This document shows positions 38,137 to 47,612 of a DNA stretch of 64,000 nucleotides, piece by piece. Position numbers and translations under genes: made by a program. The notes under the pieces were generated by a model, which saw only the letters and a list, made by a program, of their open reading frames with translations, did no database searches and was not told the DNA's origin. The stretch is from positions 452,045 through 516,044 of the forward strand of contig CBDCRU010000002.1 in assembly GCA_965221115.1 (NCBI GenBank), in the 5' to 3' direction. Source of the stretch: Alphaproteobacteria bacterium. GTDB lineage: Bacteria; Pseudomonadota; Alphaproteobacteria; SP197. Each line of letters begins with the position of its first letter. The stretch's first letter is position 1.

Positions 38137-39401
38137 CAGTCGGCTCCGTCCGCGCGGGTTTCTTGCAAGTGTGCCAGAACGATCTGACACCCCTCCTCGA
38201 TCAGTTGGTCAAGGATTTCGTTGCGCCTCTGCTCGCTGTCGCCAAAGACATCGCGCGCCGCGGGCGGCAGGGCCTTTTCGATCTCGTCGAGCACTTCGAG
38301 GGCCGAACGCCGGAAAGAGTCCGACGGCGCGATCTTGCTGCGAATCGTGTCCGCGACTTCCCCGATGGGTCCTACGGTGGGATCCCCTGGTGCGGTCACC
38401 TCCAGTGCGATTTTCTCGATCCAGGTTTGGCCTATCAGCTCAGCGCGGTGCAACGCTTCTGCTCGCACGAGCTCCGGATCGCGACGCAACCGCCACGCCA
38501 GCTCGGTTTCGCCTCGCATTTCGAGGCGTACCACCAGGTGATCCGACTGAGCCGCAGTCCGTGCGTCTGCCAGCTCCGCGGCGATACGCTCCACCATGGC
38601 GCGCTGGTCGGAAACGCCGCCCAAGTCGATTTGTATGCGTTCGAACTGGGCAACGCTTGTGGTGTGGGAACGGCAATCAATCGCACCGTCGTCTGCAACG
38701 CGAACAAGCGTCACTGATTTTGGTCCGGCCTCGCCGATATCGCGACCTTGCGGCATGCCGGGCATCACAATGTACGGCCTTCGGCTGTACACTTCGCGTG
38801 TATGGAGATGCCCCAGACACCAATAGTCGAAGCCAGTGCCGGCGACATCGGAAACGCTGCAAGGCGCATAGTCGTCGTGGTCGGCGGAACCCGCCAAGCT
38901 TGTATGAAGAAGGCCGATATTGAAGGCGTCTGGAACAGGGCTCCGGAAGCGAGGTATCAGGCTCTCCGGGGCATGGGGCCTTGCGAAGCTGATGCCGTGA
39001 ATGGCTACAGGGATCGTGCCACGGTCGTAGTCAAGCTCGACGGTCTCGGCTCGACCGCCGAAAACCTTCACGCCTTCCGGAAGAGTGAGCTCGCGCGTGA
39101 TCCGTGATTGGGCGTCGTGATTGCCGCGGATGATGAAGGTACGAATGCCGGCCTCGGTCAATCGCTGAAGCTGCGCGGCCAGAAACAGGGCGGTCTTCAT
39201 CGATGTCTGATCGCCATCGTAGAGGTCGCCCGCGATCATCAACGCATCCACTCGTTCGTCGAGGCAAAGATCGATGGTCCGCTCGAAGGCGAGACGGGTC
39301 GCATCGCCGATCAGTTCTGCAAGATCGGGATTTAGCAACGCGAGCGAGCGCAGCGGCGAGTCGAGATGGACATCCGCAGTGTGAACGAAGCTGAAAGACA
39401 T
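38136..39401 (-). CDS. SbcD/Mre11/YhaO-like metallophosphoesterase (DNA repair exonuclease family)
   Basis: Motif I FVHTADVHLD, IAGDLYD, GNHD and the later His motifs. About 421 aa from MSFSFVH. Confidence 0.8.
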   Translation of the reverse strand: MSFSFVHTADVHLDSPLRSLALLNPDLAELIGDATRLAFERTIDLCLDERVDALMIAGDLYDGDQTSMKTALFLAAQLQRLTEAGIRTFIIRGNHDAQSRITRELTLPEGVKVFGGRAETVELDYDRGTIPVAIHGISFARPHAPESLIPRFRSPVPDAFNIGLLHTSLAGSADHDDYAPCSVSDVAGTGFDYWCLGHLHTREVYSRRPYIVMPGMPQGRDIGEAGPKSVTLVRVADDGAIDCRSHTTSVAQFERIQIDLGGVSDQRAMVERIAAELADARTAAQSDHLVVRLEMRGETELAWRLRRDPELVRAEALHRAELIGQTWIEKIALEVTAPGDPTVGPIGEVADTIRSKIAPSDSFRRSALEVLDEIEKALPPAARDVFGDSEQRRNEILDQLIEEGCQIVLAHLQETRADGAD

Positions 39402-39513
39402 GGCGGGCCTAGTGTCAGTTCGTGACCTGCTCTTCACCACACTGGCGTCGTGGCGGGTACCCTTACGAGTTCGCCCGCATCATGGGTCAGCTCAGGCTGT
39501 ATCGGCAATTCAA

Positions 39514-39627
39514 TCAGTTACGGAATGCGGCTTCGACTAATAGTCTGAGTACTTCATTGGTGATCCTGTTCCACGGAACGACCGAAGTCGTCGTTTCCGA
39601 TTCTATGAGTTTGTCAACTGTGATCAA
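39514..39627 (-). pseudogene. truncated VapC (PIN) toxin remnant, 37 codons
   Basis: TTG start overlaps the VapB stop. The translation LITVDKLIESE matches the VapC N-terminus (MIVLDTNVLSE-type) and then stops. Confidence 0.4.
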
Positions 39628-39865
39628 TCGCGCCCGTCCATCATCTCGTACAGCAGGCCGCGATTGTCGAGATCTACGCCAGCGACCGCCGATCCCCGCT
39701 TAGTCAGAAGCTCAGCGCTGAAATCGCGCTTGGAACCGCGTGCGGTCCGGAGATCGTCCCGCAAGACGCGCTCGATCACACGGCTCAGCGTTTTGCCGTT
39801 CCGATCGGCATGTGCCTCGGCTTCGCGGATCAGGCGATCATCGACGTTCAGGGCCGTCTTCATGC
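39624..39865 (-). CDS. VapB-family (RHH/AbrB-like) type II antitoxin
   Basis: MKTALNVDDRLIREAEAHADRNGKTLSRVIERVLRD is a typical VapB N-terminus. Confidence 0.55.
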
Positions 39866-40106
39866 AGAGAGTTGTATTCGCGCTGCCGCTCGAGTCAACT
39901 TGCTCGACGACACGGCCAACATCCGCAAGCCGCAAGCTACTAAAGTAGCGGAGATGTCAACGCGCCGTGTAAGGTCGCTGCTCGGGAACTACCGTTGATC
40001 CGCGCTCCGCGGCCCAGAGCGTGCCACCGAACTCCATGCAACAACACTCCTGTACCGCCTGTCGCGGAAGGAATCCATGGCTATTCGCTCTCGATCGCCC
40101 CACGCC

Positions 40107-41230
40107 CTATCCGTCCATGGCCTTCTTGAGGGAGAAGGCGATGTGATCCGATAGGTTCTGCAGGGGATCGTCGGAGAGATGCGCGTAACGGGCGGTAGTC
40201 TGGGCTTGGGTATGACCGAGAATCCGTCCCACCATCGGCAGGCTCTCGCCCGCCGTCACTGCCTCTGAAGCTAAAGAGTCACGTAGATCGTGAATCCGCA
40301 CGTCCTCGAGTCCGGCGGCCTTGCGCACCCGACGCAAGGGTTTCTGCAGATCCTGCAGACAGACGCCTACTCTGGTGCCCTCGATGACATAGGGATTGCC
40401 CTCCACCCGCTCTGCGTTGGCCAGGACCTCGAGGCCCGGACCGCTGAGCGGGATCGTCTTGGCACCCGCCTTAGTGACGGGCAAGTGAATCCGATTGCCC
40501 CGGATGAGTTCCCATTTCAGGGGCTAGATTTCCGACAGCCGCGCACTCGTGTAGAGCAAGAGCCGGTATGCCGTCCTCGCCGCGAGCGCCAAGACCTCCT
40601 CCTCGTCCAGGGTCTTTCCGAGACGCTTTAGCTCTTCCGCCGTCAGGAACCGCTCACGCTTGCCCTCCTTGTACTTGCCGACGTGGTAGCAGGGATTGGA
40701 ACGATCCGGCCGCAGATTTCAAGCCTCCGCCAGGTTCCTCATCTTGGGCGGCACCCCCAGGGTGCGGCTTGCCTGGTAGGGTTTGTCCTTCTATTCCTGA
40801 TGCAACGCCGCCTCCTCCTCGCGCCTCAGCGCCACCACCCTGATCGACCCCAGTGCCCGCAGGATGTAGCGGTTCACTGCATGCCTGTACTCCACCTAGG
40901 TACGCGCCTTGCGGTGGACGGGCACATATTCTTCCAGGAATCGCCCAGCCAGTTACGCCACCGCGGGCGAGAGCTGCTCGGCCTCCTTCCCCTTGTTTTG
41001 GTTCCTGTGTCGTCATCGATGCCGGCGATGATCTTGCGGGCGCGCGTCTTGGCCTCCTCGAAGGACAGGGCACCGTGGCGTCCGATCTGGACACGGATGG
41101 TCTTTCCCCTGCGGGAGGCCTGAGCGACGCATCGCTTGCCGTCATTGGGATAGACACGAGCGCCGAAGCCCTTCAGCGTGTCGTCCCAGACGAAGTACTC
41201 CTTTTCGTGGAAGCGAAGGCTGTCGATTTA
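40107..41230 (-). pseudogene. phage-type tyrosine integrase, degraded (internal stops) and 5'-truncated by an IS insertion
   Basis: The intact C-terminal catalytic segment 40107..40484 (RIHDLRDS...LGHTQAQTTARYAHL) has R/H/R/Y positions. Upstream arm-binding/SAM segments (...SLRFHEKEYFVWDD, GRHGALSFEEAKTRARK) are spread over frames with in-frame TAG/TAA. The N-terminus abuts the IS end at 41231. Confidence 0.7.
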
Positions 41231-43253
41231 GCCGGAACTTCATCGGCGCTCAACTGACCCAACTCGCTGAATTGGTTGTGCAATCTGCGTGAATGGGGCG
41301 TGTTATTTGGCAATGTGTTCCCATAATGATGAGAGGATATGTTGGGGGTGGGGGGTGTTGACACGCGATATGTGGGAATGTAGTGTCTGTTTGATGTTCC
41401 CATAACGGGTGCCCCATGGCCTTCAACATCGAACGCGTCCCCAACCAGGCCGGCAAACCCGCCGTGCTCCTCAGGCAGGCCTGGCGCGAGGGTTCCAGGA
41501 TCCGCAAGAAGACCATCGCCAACCTCTCCATGCTCCCCGAGCATGTCGTCGAGGGCTTCCGCACCGTTCTCAAGGGCGGCGTCGCCGTCGGTGACCTCGG
41601 CGATCTCATGACCGTCGAGCGCTCGCTGGCCCACGGCCATGTCATGGCCGTGCTCGGCACCTGCCGCAGGCTCGGCTTCGAACGCCTGCTGCATCGCCAT
41701 GAAAGCCGCCAGCGGCAGCTGGCGCTGGCCGCCGTCGTCGCCCGGGTGCTGAACCCGGACTCCAAGCTTGCCACCGCCCGGCGGCTGTCGCCGGAGACCG
41801 CCACCAGCAGTCTCGGGGCCCTGCTCTCCCTGGGGCCCGTGACAGGCAACGAGATGCTGGCCATGCTCGACTGGCTGCTCGCACGCCAGCGCTGGATCGA
41901 GCGGGTCCTGGCGCGGCGCCACCTGGAGGATGCGACGCTCATCCTCTACGACGTGTCGAGTTCCTACATGGAGGGCCGGATGTGCCCCCTGGCCGGCTTC
42001 GGTCACAACCGTGACGGCAAGCGGGGCAAGCAGCAGGTGGTGTTCGGCCTGTTGTGCAGTTCGAAGGGGTGTCCCATTGCGGTGGAGGTGTTTGCCGGCA
42101 ACACGGGGGACCCGGCGACCCTGGGCTCCCGGGTGGCGCGGATCCGCCGTCGCTTCTCCATGGCCCGCGTGGCCCTGGTGGGGGACCGCGGCATGATCAC
42201 CACGGCGCGCATCCGCGAGGACCTCGAGCCGGCGGGTCTGGCCTGGGTCTCGGCCCTGAAGGCGTCCGACCTGCGGCGGCTCGCCCGTGGGCCCGAGCCG
42301 GCGCTCTCGCCGGAGGCCCTGGTGGCGGACCAGGTGGCCGAGATCACCAGTCCCGACTTCCCCGGGGAGAGGCTCATGGTGTGCCTCAACCCGCGCCTGC
42401 GCGAGGACCGCCGGCGCAAGCGCGAGGCCCTGCTGGAGGCCACCGAGGAGGTGCTGGAGGGGATCGCCGCATCGGTCCGTGCCGGAACCCTGAAAGGGGC
42501 GGCGAGGATCGGCCACCGGGTGGGCCGCGAGGCCAACCGCCGCAAGGTCGAGAAGCACTTCGACATCACCATCACCGACACCTCCTTCACCTGGCGCCGC
42601 CTTGAGGAGAGGATCGACCGGGAGGCCCGCTTCGACGGGGTCTACGTCGTCCGCACCAGCCTCGAGGACATCGCGCCTGACGCCGCTGTCGAGGCCTACA
42701 AGAGCCTGGCCACCGTGGAGCGCGCCTTCCGCGTCGCCAAGAGCGATCTGAAGATCCGGCCGGTTTGCGTCTACACCGAGGACCACGTCCGCGGGCACGT
42801 GTTCCTGTGCATGCTGGCGTACTACGTGGAATGGCACATGCGCCGGCGCCTGGCGCCGCTGCTCTTCGAGGACGATGACCGCGAGGCGGCGCGGCGCCAG
42901 CGCGCGACGCCGGTGGAGAAGGCTCAGGTCTCGCCGTCGGCCAGACGCAAGGCGCAGGCCAAGGCCACCCCCGACGGTCTGCCGGTGCACAGCTTCCGCA
43001 CCCTCATCGACGATCTGGCCAGCGTCGTCGTCAACGTCATCCGCCTGCCCGGCACCGGCACGGAACGCACGACCATCGTCACGCAGCGGACCAGGCTGCA
43101 GAACCACGCCTTCGAACTCCTGGAAGTCAACCCCGACCGCACTGTTCCCATAAACATGACAGGTTGAAACCGGGTTCATCAGCCCAACAATGACGTCAAA
43201 TCAGGATGTTGGAAGACGCTCGGCCACTTGTGAGCCGATGAAGTTCCGTCTAA
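41231..43253 (+). mobile_element. second IS1634-family-like element (ends approximate)
   Basis: 17-bp terminal inverted repeat GCCGGAACTTCATCGGC (41231..41247) and GCCGATGAAGTTCCGTC (43237..43253). Repeated GTTCCCATAA motifs near both ends. Confidence 0.6.
41416..43167 (+). CDS. IS1634-family transposase (583 aa)
   Basis: Motifs parallel the 28130 transposase: LYDVSSSYMEG, GHNRDGKRGKQQVV...AVEVFAGNTGD, DRGMITTARI. Confidence 0.8.
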   Translation: MAFNIERVPNQAGKPAVLLRQAWREGSRIRKKTIANLSMLPEHVVEGFRTVLKGGVAVGDLGDLMTVERSLAHGHVMAVLGTCRRLGFERLLHRHESRQRQLALAAVVARVLNPDSKLATARRLSPETATSSLGALLSLGPVTGNEMLAMLDWLLARQRWIERVLARRHLEDATLILYDVSSSYMEGRMCPLAGFGHNRDGKRGKQQVVFGLLCSSKGCPIAVEVFAGNTGDPATLGSRVARIRRRFSMARVALVGDRGMITTARIREDLEPAGLAWVSALKASDLRRLARGPEPALSPEALVADQVAEITSPDFPGERLMVCLNPRLREDRRRKREALLEATEEVLEGIAASVRAGTLKGAARIGHRVGREANRRKVEKHFDITITDTSFTWRRLEERIDREARFDGVYVVRTSLEDIAPDAAVEAYKSLATVERAFRVAKSDLKIRPVCVYTEDHVRGHVFLCMLAYYVEWHMRRRLAPLLFEDDDREAARRQRATPVEKAQVSPSARRKAQAKATPDGLPVHSFRTLIDDLASVVVNVIRLPGTGTERTTIVTQRTRLQNHAFELLEVNPDRTVPINMTG

Positions 43254-43480
43254 CGAGCGCAACAGCAACCGATCAAAGTGGAAGCATGAAGGTCCTCCCG
43301 GGAAGCGTGGTTCAGGGCATGGTGCTGCCACTGACAAGGGGGTAAAAAGGGTTAGGAAACGAGGCCGATAGGACAGGCGGGCATTCGCAGGAAGAAAAAA
43401 TCGATGCCGCCCGCTCGGAAGGACATGAAGACCTGCAAGACGGCAGGCGCTGTTCACACTCCAGTAGGGGGCTACCCACA

Positions 43481-43561
43481 ATGCAGATTGACCGCGTCGT
43501 TATTCGTAACTTTCGCTCATTCGCTCATCTTGACGTAGACATTGCTCCAGGTAGCACCTGC
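43481..43561 (+). pseudogene. gajA: gajA 5' fragment (first 27 codons MQIDRVVIRNFRSFAHLDVDIAPGSTC), separated from the rest of the gene by an IS21-family insertion
   Basis: Classic OLD/ABC N-terminus (IxNFRSF). Has an SD (AGGGGG) upstream. The frame ends inside the IS inverted repeat. Splicing to 47613 gives ...GSTC-VIGENNSGKTN. Confidence 0.7.
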
Positions 43562-43978
43562 TGTTGGTGGTGGTGAGGAAGCGCGTGATATCGGCTTCGA
43601 GCCGCGCTTTGGTGTGATGCACTGTCGGTCCGCATCGTTTTCTTCCCCATTGTGAACATTCTATTGGGCCGGTCTGGCGGCCTTGCAGGCCTGGTGTGCC
43701 GGGCGACCTGCGAGGCGTGCTGTCCCGGGGCGGTTGCGGTGTGCTCTCGCCGCCGGCACGCCCGGGATGTGACGGGCGCTCGTGGATGGCGTCCGGGGTC
43801 TGGCCGGTGTGCCGGAGATGGGGGAGGATCGGCGCCCTGGGAAGAGTGATGCGGCACCGGCATCCTGTGGAATGGACATGACCGGCGCCGCACCCGACGA
43901 GCTGGTCATGGGGACCGCGCTCTGCCTTGAGTATCAGGCGGTTGGGGAGTCGGGTCCACCCCATTCTTCAGGCGCCGG

Positions 43979-44419
43979 ATGTGTCGTGAGGGTCGGGTCT
44001 TCAGGTGCGGCCTGTGCCGCCGCCAGGTGGTTCTGTGCGAGGCCTGCGATCGCGGCCATCTGTATTGCTCGAAGACCTGCAGCATGGAGGCGCGCCGGGC
44101 GCGCCGCCGTGCCTCCAACCGGCGCCATGCGAAGAGCCCGAAGGGACGCCGGGGCAACCGGGAGCGTCAGCGCCGGTTCCGCCTGCGCCGTTGGGAGAGG
44201 GCGCGTGCGAAGGCTCGTGTCTCCACCGCCCGTCACCGTGTCGCGCAAAAAACCGTAACGGACCATGGCTTGGCCGGGGCGAAGGCGCCGGTTCATGGTG
44301 GCCGGCACGTGCTCGAGGACCCCGAACGGGGGTCCCGTTGCGCGGCATGTGGCCGGTTGTGCCCGTTCCTTGTGACGACGAGCCAGTGGCCACGGCCGAC
44401 ACGCCGGACGAGAGAGTGA
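43979..44419 (+). CDS. Cys-rich zinc-ribbon-like ORF upstream of istA inside the IS (may be spurious)
   Basis: 146 aa with CGLC, CEAC and CSKTC, then an Arg-rich tail. High-GC context makes chance ORFs likely. Confidence 0.25.
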   Translation: MCREGRVFRCGLCRRQVVLCEACDRGHLYCSKTCSMEARRARRRASNRRHAKSPKGRRGNRERQRRFRLRRWERARAKARVSTARHRVAQKTVTDHGLAGAKAPVHGGRHVLEDPERGSRCAACGRLCPFLVTTSQWPRPTRRTRE

Positions 44420-44422
44420 GAG

Positions 44423-45895
44423 ATGGCCATTGACGATCACACGCGGGCCGAGGTCGTGCGTCTTCACAGGGCCGAGGGGTGGTCCGTGGGGGCCATCGCC
44501 CGCCATCTCGGCATCCATCACAGCACGGTCAGGCGGGCCCTCGAGGCCGCCAGGGTGACGCCGCGGCGGCGGCCGCGGCAGATCGATCCGTGGATCCCGT
44601 TCATCGAGGAGGAACTGCGCAAGAACCCCGACATCCTGGCCTCCAACCTCTACCGCATGGTGCACAACCGGGGCTACACCGGAGGCAGCGACCACTTCCG
44701 CCACATCGTCGGCGCCATGAGGCCGCGGCGGGCGTCCCGGGCGGCGATGCAGCTCACCTTCTATCCGGGGGAACAGGGCCAGGTCGACTGGGGGGACTTC
44801 GGTCCTGTCACGATCGGCCGCGCCGAGCGCCGGCTGATGGGCTTCGTGCTGACGCTCAGCTACTCCCGGCGCATCGTCCTGCGCTTCTCTTACGGCACCA
44901 CGATGAGCCACTTCCTGGCCGGTCACATCGCCGCCTTCGAGACCCTGAACGGCGTTCCCAGGAGCCTGCTCTACGACAACCTCCGAAGCGTCGTGACGGC
45001 CCGCCGCGGCCGCGCCATCACCTACAATCCCACGTTCATCGACTTCTTCCGACACTATGCCTTCGAGGCCCCGGCCGCATGGCCCCGCAATCCCCGTCAC
45101 AAGGGACGCGTGGAGCGGAGTATCGGATACGTCCGCACGGCCTTCATGCCCCACGTGCGTGCCGATGAGCCGCTCGACGCGCTCAACGAGGCGGCGCGGG
45201 CATGGTGCGACGGACCGGCCCTCGAGCGGCCCTGGCCCGGGGATCGCACGCGCACGGTCCGGGAGGCCTTCGAGAAGGAGCGGCGCTTCCTCACGCCCCT
45301 GCCCGACACGCCCTTCCCGGCCGAGGAGATGCGCCCCGCCCGGGTCGGCGCCACACCGTTCGTTCTCTTCGACAAGAACAGCTACAGCGTGCCGCCCGGG
45401 ACTGTCCACTCGACCGTCACCGTCGCCGCCAGCCCCGACACCGTGCGCATCCTCGACGGCGCCACGGTGATCGGCGTCCATCAACGCTGCTACGGCAGGC
45501 AGGAGGTCATCGAGGATCCCGACCACATCGCCGCCCTCACCAGGAGGTCGCAGGCGGCGCGGCGGCGCCACGCGAGAGACCGCCTGCTGCGCGCCGTGCC
45601 CGCTCTCGAGGACCTGTTCGCCGCCAGCTCCGGCCATGTCGGGCTCAGCGCCCGGGCCTTCATCCGGCTGCTCGACATCCATGGCGCCGCGGCGCTCGCC
45701 GGCGCCGTCGACGAGGCCCTCAAGCGCTCATCCCCCCACGTCCACACCGTCCGCCACATCCTCGAGGAACGCCATCACGACCACGGCCGGCCGCCCTGGC
45801 CCGTCGACATCACCGATCCCCGGGCACGGAGCGCCACGGTGCGTCCATCCGGCCTCGACGCCTACGACACGACACGCAAGGGAGACGACACGTGA
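44423..45895 (+). CDS. istA: IS21-family transposase IstA
   Basis: N-terminal HTH, DDE core (QVDWGDF, YDN, KGRVER). 490 aa. Confidence 0.9.
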   Translation: MAIDDHTRAEVVRLHRAEGWSVGAIARHLGIHHSTVRRALEAARVTPRRRPRQIDPWIPFIEEELRKNPDILASNLYRMVHNRGYTGGSDHFRHIVGAMRPRRASRAAMQLTFYPGEQGQVDWGDFGPVTIGRAERRLMGFVLTLSYSRRIVLRFSYGTTMSHFLAGHIAAFETLNGVPRSLLYDNLRSVVTARRGRAITYNPTFIDFFRHYAFEAPAAWPRNPRHKGRVERSIGYVRTAFMPHVRADEPLDALNEAARAWCDGPALERPWPGDRTRTVREAFEKERRFLTPLPDTPFPAEEMRPARVGATPFVLFDKNSYSVPPGTVHSTVTVAASPDTVRILDGATVIGVHQRCYGRQEVIEDPDHIAALTRRSQAARRRHARDRLLRAVPALEDLFAASSGHVGLSARAFIRLLDIHGAAALAGAVDEALKRSSPHVHTVRHILEERHHDHGRPPWPVDITDPRARSATVRPSGLDAYDTTRKGDDT

Positions 45896-46596
45896 CCACA
45901 CTCAAGGAACGCGCCCGGGCGCTCAGGCTCCATGGCCTCGTCTCCCGCTGGGACGAGATCGCCGAGGCCGACTGGCTCTGTGACCTCATCGACCGGGAAG
46001 AAAAGGAGCGCTCCGCGCGCAGCCTCGAACGGCGCCGCGCCGCCGCCCACATCCCCGCCTTCACGCCCCTGGCCGACTTCAACTGGTCATGGCCGCGGGC
46101 CATCGACGCCGAGGCCGTCAACAGGCTGATGGCCCTCGACTTCATCGATGAGCGCACCAACGCAGTGCTGATCGGCGGACAGGGAACCGGCAAGACCATG
46201 ATCGCCGCCAACATCGCCCACCAGGCCCTCGTCCACGGCCATACCGTGCGCTTCGCCAACGCTCCCGGCCTGCTCGCCCGGCTCGCCAGCCTCGACAGCC
46301 GGCAACTCCTGCTGCATCACCTCACCCTCATCGCCAGGCCCCGCCTGCTCGTCCTCGACGAAATCGGATATCTCACGCTCGACCGCCACCAGGGAGACCT
46401 CCTCTACGCCATCATCACCCGGCGCTACCAGCGACGCTCCACCCTGCTCACCACCTCCCTGGGCTTCGCCCAGTGGGACCACATCTTCCCCTCCACCAGC
46501 TCGATCGCCGGAACCGTCGACCGCCTCGTCCACAACGCCACCATCGTCACCATCGACGGCGACTCCTTCCGCCTGGGACGCAAGGGTGGCCGATGA
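45892..46596 (+). CDS. istB: IS21-family helper ATPase IstB
   Basis: GTG start overlaps the istA stop. Walker A GGQGTGKT, Walker B LLVLDEIGY. Confidence 0.88.
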   Translation: MTTLKERARALRLHGLVSRWDEIAEADWLCDLIDREEKERSARSLERRRAAAHIPAFTPLADFNWSWPRAIDAEAVNRLMALDFIDERTNAVLIGGQGTGKTMIAANIAHQALVHGHTVRFANAPGLLARLASLDSRQLLLHHLTLIARPRLLVLDEIGYLTLDRHQGDLLYAIITRRYQRRSTLLTTSLGFAQWDHIFPSTSSIAGTVDRLVHNATIVTIDGDSFRLGRKGGR

Positions 46597-47446
46597 CGCC
46601 TTCAGGAGGGACCTCGAGGCCGTCAAGCGCATGCCGCTGGAGACCATCGCCGCGCGATGGGGATACGTCCGCGACACACACGCCTCGACGCCCATGAACC
46701 CCGTGCTGCGGGGACCCGGCCTCCCCAAGCTCGTCCTCAAGCGCCAGGACAACGGACACTGGACCTACTTCAATACCCAGGACGCCGACGACAACGGCAC
46801 CGCTGTCGACTTCATGAAGAACCGAGGCCTCTCCTTCGCCGCCATCCGCGCCACCAGACGCGCAACCTTCCTCGACACATGGCGCCGCGCCCGGGAACAC
46901 CCCGCTCCCCCATGGCTCATCCGGCGCGGCATCCGGCGCTCCACACTCGACACCTGGAAACCCCTCATCCGATGCGATGACAGGGGCCACGTCCTGTTCG
47001 CACACCGCAACGCAAGGCGCATCATCACCGGCTTCGAAATCGCCCCGCCCGACGGACCCCGGCGCTTCGCCACAGGGGGACGCCGCGCCCTCTTCGCCCT
47101 CGCCAGTCGCACCCCTGACGCCATCGCCGCCCTCGTCATCACCGAAGGCGCCGTCAACGCGCTCAGCCTCGCCCAGATCGACGGATGCCCCACCGAGCAC
47201 GCCTTCCTCTCCACCGCAGGCGCTCCCGCCGCGGCGCAGTGCGCCCAGATCAGCCACGCCGCCCGCATCCTGCCCGCACTCACCACCATCATCCTCGCCC
47301 AGGACGGCGATACAGCCGGCGACCGGCAGGCCGACACGCTCCGCTCCAGGATCGACATCCCGGCCCACGTCCGCATGACACGGCGCAGGCCGCCCGACAA
47401 CACCGACTGGAACGACATCCTGCGCAACCGGGATCAGGACGACTGA
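46586..47446 (+). CDS. DUF3991/Toprim-like protein (primase-like passenger gene)
   Basis: Start overlaps the istB stop. C-terminal Toprim-like ITEGAVNALS ... ILAQDGDTAGD. 286 aa. Confidence 0.45.
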   Translation: MADDAFRRDLEAVKRMPLETIAARWGYVRDTHASTPMNPVLRGPGLPKLVLKRQDNGHWTYFNTQDADDNGTAVDFMKNRGLSFAAIRATRRATFLDTWRRAREHPAPPWLIRRGIRRSTLDTWKPLIRCDDRGHVLFAHRNARRIITGFEIAPPDGPRRFATGGRRALFALASRTPDAIAALVITEGAVNALSLAQIDGCPTEHAFLSTAGAPAAAQCAQISHAARILPALTTIILAQDGDTAGDRQADTLRSRIDIPAHVRMTRRRPPDNTDWNDILRNRDQDD

Positions 47447-47612
47447 GCGAAAACGCTCGATCGCCAGCGTCGCCATCGCTCCGTCACGGGCAGCGACCAC
47501 GCCAGCCAACCCGATAGGGCAATCACAATGGGGAAAAAGCCAATCAAGGCCTCATCAAAAGCGCGGCTCGAAGCCGATATCACGCGCTTCTACAAAACCG
47601 CCAACAACCTGC

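Larger units (their letters stand above)
43562..47606 (+). mobile_element. IS21-family transposable unit (about 4.05 kb) with about 50-bp imperfect terminal inverted repeats, 6-bp TSD ACCTGC (43556..43561 and 47607..47612) and two passenger ORFs
   Basis: Left end TGTTGGTGGTGGTGAGGAAGCGCGTGATATCGGCTTCGAGCCGCGCTTTGG... matches the reverse complement of the right end TGTTGGCGGTTTTGTAGAAGCGCGTGATATCGGCTTCGAGCCGCGCTTTTG... Contains istA and istB. Confidence 0.8.

Noticed and set aside
41173-45682. 668-aa and 582-aa minus-strand ORFs across the IS1634-like and IS21 transposase genes
   Set aside because: Antisense to clear transposase genes. Repetitive G/R/P translation.
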